A DNA stretch of 64,000 bases from assembly GCA_035221665.1 (NCBI GenBank), contig CM069139.1, positions 57,350,001-57,414,000 of the forward strand, given 5' to 3'. The notes beneath the pieces were generated by a model, which worked only from the letters and a program-made list of their open reading frames with translations, searched no databases and was not told where the DNA came from. Positions 26,502-36,963 of this stretch are shown piece by piece. The position numbers and the translations under genes were made by a program. Each line of letters opens with the position of its first letter. Position 1 is the first letter of the stretch. This DNA comes from Okamejei kenojei (lineage: Eukaryota).

Positions 26502-28147
26502 TACCATGTGCGGAACACATCTCCATCTGCAGGTGTGTGGTATTGAAACCAAATGAGTGTAAAATAATCTTCAAAGTTTTACTTAAATGCTGATTTTTTT
26601 TTAAATCCTTAAGAACATTATTTGCAAACATTTGCACAATGCATTAGACATTTCCAAATGCCTGAAAGTCGAAAGTGACATAGGTAGATGGAAATAGTAG
26701 AGTAAACTTGGATCATTGAAAAGATGGAAATAAATTATTGAGAATTGTGTCCTTTAGTATGACACTATCCTGGTAAATGATTTAATGTACTTCTGTGCTT
26801 ATTTCCAAATCCATTACTCGATTCGTTTATGAAATAGTCATTTAAGATTAATTCACTATGGTATCAAAATTGAACAAGCTATGTTCAGTGCTACTTTTCA
26901 TGAAGGGTGAACTATCCCCTGCCACTAACTGTTATTACACAACTATATATTGCTGTCAGCTGCAGTCTTCAAAGCTTAAAAAAGTTCCTGACACCAGCTA
27001 TTGCTTTTCAGCACCAATGCTTCCAGCTGCTAACTAGATCTCCTCATTGCTAAATATCTCTTCCCTGTAAAACTTCCTCTAGCATCCATTTTCAGTGGAT
27101 TAATATCTCCTGTCATTGTTACTGAGCGCTGATACTTAATATTGCTACCTGAGACATTTTGCTTTAAAACATTCTTTTCAGCATTAAATCAAATATACAA
27201 GCGTTGTTGCTATTTAAACATTTCATTTAAGACATAATGCATCATTTTTTTCTCAAAAATACTGGGAATTATTTGCATAATGAATAAAGTTTTGTTTTCA
27301 ATGAAATGCTCTGATCTCTCATTCTGTTACTGTCCCAGATAAAGGCCCATCAAGGCTCCCAACATGTTTTTAAATTCCTGTGCCTAGATTATGTGTTTCA
27401 TTCAACCCTTAAATTGCTTACTTAAATTTCTCAAGCAGAACAATCAGAACGCTGTGGAATTCAATCACATAAAGCTGCTAATATAGTTACTATGGATCAC
27501 ATTTTCCACTGATTTTTTGATTGTGGGAATATTTTTCTAACTAACACTTGATGCAACTTTTAATGAAATGTTATTTGGAATTGATTAATATAAATGTCAC
27601 AAATAACTTACAACATAACTAATAGAAGCAATGATTACTTGCAATAGTATTCTCAGCATCACAGTAATATTTTGAACGTTACCTGATCCCCCCCACCCAT
27701 CTTAGTCCAATAATGTAAGTGCATCTCACTCTTGTATTATCGGATCTGCAAAATCATTGATTCTTATAATTTTCCGAGTTCTTGATTCTTATTTTCTGAT
27801 TTAGATTGTTTGGTTCTGGTCTCCCTAATATTAGAAGTGTACTGATATGTTCATGTTGGATCACTTGTGACAAAGTTGGATTTTGAGCATGATTAAGTTA
27901 AGTTAAATTGAACGTTAATATTTTTACAGAATAATGTTTCGTCGTACTCTGAATCGTATAATTACCGGGGCTGAGGGAGATAATTCTACAGAGCACTTCC
28001 TCGGCCATTCAAAGGATAAAACATGCTGTGCATCTAAGCTGTTAAAAACCACAGCAATCTAGGTATTTGCTGCAAACTGGTTTGCTTCGCGAATACTGCG
28101 TTACAAACTAGAATGTGACCGTTAACAAAATAATTTACCAGACAATA

Positions 28148-28275
28148 CTGAAGAAGGGTCTCGACCCGAAACGTCGCCTATTCCTTCGCTCCAAAGATGC
28201 TGCCTCACCCGCTGAGTTTATCCAGCTTTTTTGTCTACCTTCGATTTTTCCAGCATCTGCAGTTCTTTCTTAAAC
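28148..28275 (+). mobile_element. Short Penelope-like repeat with intact hammerhead core
   Basis: CTGAAGA-A-GGGT-CTCG-ACCC-GAAA-CGTC at 28148-28175 followed by the family body gatgctgcc...gctgagtt...ccagcatctgcagttc. Confidence 0.75.
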
Positions 28276-28647
28276 AATTGAGCATGAGTAGTGTTGTGAC
28301 CCATCCACTTTTAACCAGCGAGAGGGTATTGTTAACTGGTCAGGATATTCGCAGAGTGGTGCCCAGACTGTTATTTCAACTCAAAACACGACAATGTCCT
28401 AACTATTTACTGAATATTTTAAGACAACTTGATGACTGATTTTGCCTGTACATTGGGAAAACGATTAGCATCCTTTTTAATCGGTAATGCTTTAAATATT
28501 TGAATCCATTATTAAGATTGCACGGAAACAGATCTTGCAGGTATTTTTCTAATCGTGGTTTAGAATTCGGGTCAGCCTCGAGTGGGTATTTTATTACTGA
28601 AACCAAACGCAATGTTTCGTGCGATTTGTTGATTCGTGTTCAAGGCA

Positions 28648-28731
28648 GTGTTGCTCCTGAACAGAGACAAATACAGATTGACGTCGTTTATATTGATGTA
28701 TTTTATGACCGATACACACTCCTATCAGTTT
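28648..28731. repeat. 84-bp duplicated sequence, copy 1
   Basis: 82/84 identical to 31242-31325. Confidence 0.95.
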
Positions 28732-28899
28732 TAACAGGGTTTTAATAAAAAATAGTGAAACTGTGCTCCCATCCTTTCAAAGACGTCCCCTCTAGGCAGC
28801 GTACCACGCCAAGCATTACTCGGCAAGATATGCATTTTATTGATAAACTATATGTGGACTAATTGCACAGGTAAACACGCCACCCCCAGAGACTCGACG

Positions 28900-29780
28900 G
28901 CACTATGGTTCGCTGATGTTCCAGAATATTAACTTTCAGCTACGCTGCCAAGGGCTGCTTTCAGGTACAATATCAGTAAGTTTTGCACCGAAACAAACCG
29001 ATCATGCGATTAGCAACCAACCACCCCTCCGAAGCCGTAGCTTGCAAAGGATCGGAGGGTTTGCGTTTGATTGTAAGCAGAGTCGCGATCGCACCTTTAT
29101 ATGTTTCCATACATGCGAGTTTGTTTAGAAATATAAAACCGCCATCAGTGGGAGGAAATCCAAATAATCAAAACTATTTAAGATAGTTAAAGATAGATAT
29201 GAAACAAAAGTGGTGCATTTGCAAAACCTGCATCTGCATTTTATCAAACTTGTGCATGCATTGTCTGATCGATTTGTACGTGCATATTCCAGCCCATGTG
29301 TGTGTGTGGGTGTGTGTGTGTGTGTGCACACGCACGTGATTGAGAAGTAAAGCTGCCGCGATCGCAAGCAAGAGGGAACGCGGATTGCTCTCACTCCCCC
29401 GCCCCATGTGCTCGGCTGCGGGTCAGTTTCACGGCTCGGCTCGGCGGCGCAGGCCCGGCAGCAGGGGGCGCTCGGAGGCCGCTGCCGCCGCTCGCTCTGC
29501 CCCGCTGCCCGCTGACTCCCCGTCTGACTCCCGAGCACAGCCAAGATTGTTACTTACAGTTATCATGAGATCTTTATGCAATTAATACCCGCATTAGCCA
29601 CCAACTACCCGCGGGATATTTATAACCTTTTTTCCCCCTGCATTGAGGGATAAAAAAAATGAATGCTTGGTAGGAAATAACAAGGATTTGAAACGATAAA
29701 TTATCAACATCTTTGCGCCTGTTAGTTCCGCTGGTTCGAACACGATTTATTTGCAGTGCCCTGCGACTCCCGGAGCTATA
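28900..29780. promoter_or_regulatory. CpG island 3' of MEIS2
   Basis: Dense CpG, GC-rich core 29330-29545, E-box CACGTG at ~29333, adjacent (GT)n; no repeat similarity seen. Confidence 0.75.
29298..29325. repeat. (GT)n microsatellite
   Basis: Directly visible, one interruption. Confidence 0.9.
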
Positions 29781-31241
29781 GACTGTGTTTATTTTCACGG
29801 AGTTGGTCAAATGTTGACAACCTTTTAAGCCAACATAACACCCAAGATTAGTGATGAGAAACTAATGAGGAGAGGGTCTTCATGCAAACCTCGCGCCTGG
29901 GGCTTCTAATTAAACCTTAGATTGGAAATAGCCAAGATTCCTCAGCCGCAAGCTGCAGGCTCAACTTTATCTCAAGTTTTAGACGATGCTCCTTTTTATT
30001 TTATTTTTGCAAGATATATTTCCACCACCAAAGCAAAAAGGGAAGAACACTGCAGCGTATTTTGCTGAGCGGGAGGTTCGATCCGTCGCTCTTGCCTTGA
30101 GCAAGTGTGATTTACTAATTAGAATATTTACATCATTAAGTCGAGGAGAGCGATGAAAAATATCCGTCACTCATTCTTCTCCAAGGTAGACGCACTGGAG
30201 AGCGTGGAACTGTCTCTAATTCAAAAAGGCAGTCGGGCAGAAAAGGCTATGAACATTATCCTGCTAGTTATTAATCAGTACTTCTAATAGCCCGACGCTT
30301 TGCTTATTCCAGCAGACTTTAATATTTATTTGTAATATTGATTGTGAGTATCCTTCACACGAAGCGACATACAATTTTGATTGGCCGTGTGCGATTTTAT
30401 AAATCAAATTGCTAATGGGAAAATTATCCGCGTTTTTAACTTTATTTGCATTTCTTTGCAAAAAAACATATTTTCAATTCTCGGTTAAAAGACCGCAGTC
30501 CGATAGCGTGTATGCTTATTGAGTCAATGCAACGGAAGCTTTTTGATGATATTCGTTCCTCTGCATTTCTTGACTGTTTGTTAAAACTCGAAGTCTCCTC
30601 AGAGTCAGAAATGTTACCTGCAAAGATAGAAAATACTGAAAATAATAGCCGGGGTTTTATCATTACCACCAAACCCCCCTCCCTTGGGCCTTGGTCGTCA
30701 AAAGCAAATAAGAGTTGGCATTTACGCACTAGGGATAATTATGCAAAATATTTCGGAGCTTTCTGTGGGGAATAATCTGTTGACGCTTTGTAAAAAAATA
30801 ACTTTTCCAGAATGAGAACGGAGGTACAGTCATCTGATTTATGCCGCCTGGAAATCCACATTTACTGATGAAGCTATGATTGCAGTTTAAGGAATGCAGG
30901 GCTCTTTCAACATTCCTACCATTTGCCTCTTATCTTTACCCTAACGGTTTCAATTACGATGGCGCAGTACATTACAAACGCCGACATCCCGAATCATATT
31001 GTTTACATCCACATCGCAAGGTAATGTATTGCAAAATGTCTTCATATATAATCCGTTGGATAAAAGCTTATCCTGCCTTCTTAAACGGATAAAGGAGATA
31101 AAAACGTGATTCAAGTCAGATCTGTTCCCCGCAAGCCTCAATTGAATGGCTTACATGATAGAGGTTGTCCTTTGCACTGGTTTCAATATTTCTCAGTGCG
31201 TTTCCCTGTGTTGTTACACACATACCTCTTTCCCTGTAAAG

Positions 31242-31325
31242 GTGTTGCTCCTGAACAGAGACAAATACAGATTGACGTCACTTATATTGATGTATTTTAT
31301 GACCGATACACACTCCTATCAGTTT
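31242..31325. repeat. 84-bp duplicated sequence, copy 2
   Basis: 82/84 identical to 28648-28731. Confidence 0.95.
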
Positions 31326-33355
31326 CAATGTGTAGCGTTTCCATTACTTCTTAATGAATCGTGCTGTGGTACCCGAAATGTAACGATATACAATGTTCCT
31401 ATAGTTACCCACCGGGAGATAATCCACGGTGTTCATGGTAAAATGATGAGAGTCCAATTTGTTAGGGGGGGATGAGGTGTGGACTGATTTTGAAACCGAT
31501 ATATAATGTGTAGGCTGAAGAAAGAATGAGCTGGAAGCAAAAGCAAACCCTGGTCTTAAAGACATTCTGACATTTCCGGGAACAATCAAAATAAGCTTCG
31601 TTGCACAGCGGAAAAAATACCAATAAGTCTACAAGGTTCATCTTGGGTAAACAGGAATCATAATTTACCATACCGACGCATATATAAAGATTCTAAAGCG
31701 CATTATGGCGAAGCTGAAATTTGGATTTAACACAAACTTATAGCAAACCTCGGTTTCCCCATTGCCAATTCTTGCTTCTGACGGCTTCTGACTGAATGCA
31801 ATTCGTTGTTAAATGTGATCGCTCAAAAGATGCAAAACTTTTTATTTAAGGGCGAAAGGTACTCATTTTGTATCTGCATTACATTGATTTCGCTTAAGGG
31901 AAACGATATTGAATGGTAATAATATAGACACAGTGTCCACCAACGTGCGACAAATATCCAGCGCAGATTTTTTCGGTAGGATTTCATTCACAGACAGCAA
32001 CATGGTCCAAAAACATAGTATTAATCCGATATTTGTCTGCGCTGGCGCTTTGGACCAGCAATCTAATTAGGATGTATTTTCAAGTGTAACTTGTCACAAA
32101 GTCAAACTTGTCGATTAGTATCAATAATTTTGAAAAAGAAAGATTCGCATTCGTTCTCAACTGGTAAATATTTTATGGAAATTTATCAAAGTACCCCCGA
32201 GGCCAAAAAAGAAACATTCCTTAAAATAATTAAAGAATACGCACACTTAGAGAGAGGCTGGAATCAAAGCTGACATTTTAAAGCAAAACAAAATGTATTT
32301 CAGGCAATCGTGCATATGTACAGCGGGGGTCACACAAGTGCAGTCGGAGCATTTATTTGCATTGATTTAGTCGGACTGAGATAATAGCAAGTATCCTCAG
32401 AGAAAGCGTTCACAGGTAATTTGTCATAACTTCCGTGAGAGGCGGTAACACAATCCGAATTGATTCTTTTTCTCCTGTTCATATTGGTTATCTGCGGACT
32501 TTTTCAGACGTCGGAATAGTAACCTTGGATTTCTGAAACTGAGGCTGAATCCAAATGTGAATCGAGTTTGTAAAGAATTTTTTTTTTTTGCTTATCTTTT
32601 GAAAAGAGTAAAGAAGTTTTTTTTTGTTGGAGGCGTTCGCCGATTATCCCATGCCTGGCTCCCGTTTTCATTGATCATTCCATATGAGATAATGCAATTA
32701 TAAACATCAATAGGAGGTTGCTGCGGGAATCATTATCTGGTGACAGTGATAAATGATCTCCAGAAATAGCGGCGTTTTCTCTGACCCACTCTGGGCTCTA
32801 GGGGTTGGGATACAAGGAGTCTCCATAGTAACATGTTTACAGCTAAAATGGTTGGTTAAAAATTCCAAAATGCAGAAAAGTCTTTATACGGGCTATTCAA
32901 ATTTACAACAGCTTTTTTTTCTCCTTTGCTGGTATTAAAACATTCTTAAATGTAAACGAGTCTGTAGCAAAATAAATTAAACGCTATTGCTTGGTCATTT
33001 ATTTCAGTATAATTTATTTGGGTCTGGCTCTGGCAATCAATTCTTAAGAAATGTGATGACTTTTCTTGTTTTTTTAAATGTGAAAAAATATAGTTTTGCA
33101 TTTGCAGTTGTCAATTATGTAAATGGTATTTTTGTTGGACTTGGCTTTTTTATAGATTTCCTCCCTTAAATTACTTTAGTGGAACTGCTTGTTTCATTTT
33201 AATCAATTTCCCCAAGAATACATTCAGCCGTGGAGTCGATACCAAATCTTTATCAAACTTTCCGCTTTCTCAAATCCGACCAGACAATCGAGAGAACTGC
33301 TTCGTTTCCATCAGCACAAAACCCCGTGCTCTGACTTGTTTTATTGTTCATGGAC

Positions 33356-33375
33356 ATATATATATATATATATAT
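33356..33375. repeat. (TA)n microsatellite
   Basis: Directly visible. Confidence 0.9.
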
Positions 33376-34403
33376 CAACTTTGCTTTTGCAAAAGTGAAA
33401 TCTTCAGTGTCCTACGTGCACATTTTACTGACAAACAAATAAACCTCTGTTAAAAAAATTGCACTCTGCTTCTTTGTTTTAAAAATCACATGATAACAAT
33501 ATCCAAGAAGCAGGATTAAAACACACGGGGAGATGCAATAGAATGCCGTAATACCGGACTTATTCGGTATCCATGTGGTTTTAAATTTAAGAGCATCTGG
33601 ATCTCCGGACCTTTTAAGAATTGAGCGACAATGCAGTTGCTCATTTTGCATCATTCATTGAAATTTGTAACCCAGCCAGTATGTTATAGAAACATGTAGC
33701 AAACGGACTGCACTCCGCACAGGAGTCAGAGAGAAATATTTTGTTTGAATGTATTAATTACAAGCACAACTGAAAATCTATTTACTCCAAGTAACGACGG
33801 GAGAACGCTCAGTGTCTCCCCCGCCCACCATATTTTAAAGGTTCCTTTCAGCAATAAAGGTAGAGGAGCAATATCTCACCTAATTGGGCGCAAGCACCGT
33901 TCTTTCAACCTGAGCTCTTGCGGCGGGGAGCCCGGCACTTTAAGGGGGGGGGGGGGGGGGGTCGAGGCGACACCAGCAGAACAGTAGGAGCATTCACAAA
34001 TGCATTTGAATGCAGGGGGTTGATGAGGGGAAATGTGGAAGCGAGGGAGGAAATTTGGCCTCCTCTCAAGATTGACCACTTTGTTTAAAACAAAAACAAA
34101 AAAACCCTCACGTTTCTGGAGTAAATGAGTGAAAGGACGTTCTCATGGCATTTGGGAGACTCTGGCAAAGACATAAACAGCAAAGAGTAAGCTTGAACCC
34201 GCGAATCTAAGTTTAATCGCAGAGAGCGAGACCCGGGCTGGTGCAGAAAATGCAGCGTCTGGCCCGCAACTTTGCAGTTGCGACGTCGCCAGAGTCTCGG
34301 GTTGTGTCTGAACTGATGAATCCGGTAACGAAATGATTGCAACCGAAGTTTTCTAAACAGGGGAGTTTCTAACACGTTCTAGCCGAACACCATCAAATGG
34401 TCT

Positions 34404-34495
34404 GACACAAAGTGCTGGAGTGACTCCGCTGAGTTACTCTAGCATGGCGTGTCTTTGTGTTTTGGAAGCAGCTTCTGCAATTCCTCGTGTCTACA
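34404..34495. mobile_element. Fold-back copy of the Penelope-like repeat
   Basis: gctggagtgactc-cgct-gagttactctagc hairpin made of the family body in both orientations. Confidence 0.6.
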
Positions 34496-35114
34496 TTAGA
34501 TGGTTTGATTGCAAACCCCGAATTGCCACAATAGCAACATAGTTCGCACAATTCAAATGACTCAGCACATTATAAAACGGCTAAACATCCACCTATTACC
34601 CTGTGCGGAACACATGTTAATGGTATCAACCCAGGCTCTGAATGTTTTTAAATAAACTTTTATTAAGAAGCTCTGTAAACAAAAAGGAGAAACCTCCAGG
34701 GTTTTAGATACAATATAACTCACTTCAAATGCTGGCCAATCTGATTTTCCATATTTTCATAAATACCATAATTCCCTCCCCACCCACCACCACGCTGACT
34801 TTGCAAGAATTCCCGAATAGTTTGGTTTCACGGCCAGAGGGGAAAGGGAGAGAGATTCGGTTTGAAATTAACTTATACTGTACATCCTCACGCTGACTAG
34901 TAGATGGGAGGGGAGACTTCGAATGGAGAAGGTGTGCGCTGCCCCCTGAATTTAGTTTCCACGACTTTAACCAGTGAAAGCAAATCCAGGAATTTGTGAC
35001 GGATGTAATCATTGCAACACGCAGAGAAAGTAAATTCTGCAAAGTTGGATATGGCAGCTGGTATCATTTAAAAACAAGTATTTTCATGAAATCCCAAGTC
35101 TTTGACTAAGATAT

Positions 35115-36676
35115 TGATAAATTTAGTAGGATTCTTTATTCTCTCCGTGAGTGTTGGTGTACAAAACGCTGTAGAACACTTAGAATTATTTTTTTTGTAC
35201 AGAAGATACCCTGTTTATATATTATATAAACCCTCTTAAATACGCCACAGGTTTCTTTCAAATGAACCTAGGTTTCCCAGTTGCTGTTCTACAGAAAGGA
35301 AATAATTTTTTCCTTCTTTTAAATTGAACAGTGGCCATGTCTGAACAAGTGGCAAACATATCTTTCAAATATGACCATTTTCTAGGATTAAACATAAAAT
35401 AAAAACTTCACATCAACTGCTTGCGAGCAGCAGCAGCAAATAATGTGAACCATACAGGACTGAATGAACCCAACATTATATTAAAAACAAAAACAAGGAG
35501 TCCGGTAAATGCAGACACTGGTAGAGTCCATTGGAAAGCCTCGAGAATGGTGAAGTCATTACAGGTGTGTTATCAAACAGAAAAAAAAATCTAAAAATGA
35601 AATATTTATTACGGCATTTGTGACTGAACACCTTTTAAACATACGTCACAGTCTTCATACAAGTACTTATGTCATCTGACAAAGCTCGCAAGGGTAACAG
35701 CATTTTCTTCTAGTGACACGTGCTGATAAAAGTAAGGAATTCATTGACATACAATACCAATTCCACAGCAGATTTGATACTAGCAAAACATTCGTTATTT
35801 CTCATTGAGGTAAACACATAGATATCTAACATGTAACAATTAATATACTGAACTCTCTGTACCAAGTATGTTACAGTATTTTTTTTGTTGTCTTTGCTTG
35901 TTCCAAGCAGTTTGAGTTCATTTAAAAAGGTCTTTCTTTTGGTGCAAGACCAGCTAAAGGATATTTCATTTAAGAAAATTCCACCCAAGAGCATTCTGAA
36001 TAGTTTGTGTGACAACATTTTCTCAATGCTGTGACCCACAGCCATAGGAGGAAGCCGCTACTTCATCTTCAGGGGTTCATCAAACAAGCTCTTTGAGGAA
36101 GAGTCAGTCCAGAACATAATCAGACACAGGCCATTCAGTGGGTTGAGCAGGCCTTATTTGATCCAGTAAAAATCAGTTATATGAGTGCATTCTTAAAACT
36201 TGTCACCTAGTGCTGCATCCAAAAAAACTCTTACGGATCTTCACTTTAGCTTCTTCCTCTGTGGCAGCTTGGCTGGACTTGGGCAATCTGGTCGGAAACA
36301 TGACTCCATTTGCTGTACGAGGACAACCATTTTGGGAACAACACACATAGTGTGGAAAAAGGATAACTTTCTTTCTAAAAACTATTGGAAGCAACAGAAA
36401 TAGAGTGATCAACAGAAATGTACAAGTTTAACTTAGTTCCTATATTTATGCTACAGTAGTAATAAATCTTTCAGTCTTTTCCAGAGGAACTTTACATCGG
36501 AGATAAGTTCGGGTGAAGAATGCCTTTGGCTTCACGTTAGCCTTGGCCTGTCATTGGTCCTCTGTCGACGTTGAGAGAAAACAAAATCACAGCTCATCTG
36601 GAATTCCATTAAGTGTCAACATCTGTTGAAAGGTTAAAGTCTTACATTTGTGGTTTTCTTTTTTTATTCCCTTATA
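35115..36676 (-). other. MEIS2: MEIS2 3' UTR
   Basis: Repeat-free AU-rich sequence after the stop; minus-strand AATAAA at 35605-35610 and 35135-35140. 3' end inferred. Confidence 0.7.
35135..35140 (-). terminator. Likely distal MEIS2 polyadenylation signal
   Basis: TTTATT on + (AATAAA on -), preceded on the transcript by UGUA elements. Confidence 0.6.
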
Positions 36677-36963
36677 CTATTGGGCATGAATGTCCATAAC
36701 TTGCCCCCCCACACTGGGGTCTACAGGATTTAACATTGTGGGGCTCTGTGCTGACATTGGCATTCCAGGGTGAGGTGGGGGTCCACCATGCATCATCATG
36801 GCCGGGTGATGTGGGTGACTTGGGAGATAGGGATGCATTGGGGGTCCATGTCTTAACTGGGCAGGGTGTGGGGTCATCTGGGGAGGAGTGTAACTTGGCT
36901 GTGCCATACTCATACCCATAGGACCACCCTGAGATACATAGTCCCCTGGCATGCCTTGTAAAC
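36677..36963 (-). CDS. MEIS2: MEIS2 terminal exon, coding part of long C-terminus
   Basis: ttttcag acceptor; GLQGMPGDYVSQGGPMGMSMAQPSYTPPQMTPHP...VGGQVMDIHAQ* (ORF 36677..36991); phase fits splicing from the 39620 donor. Confidence 0.97.

Noticed and set aside
28500-28745. Shared peptide VAPEQRQIQIDV...DRYTLLSV in two ORFs
   Set aside because: By-product of the 84-bp DNA duplication; no convincing splice sites or known protein similarity.
29125-29585. ORFs across the CpG island
   Set aside because: Low-complexity translations of GC-rich and (GT)n DNA.
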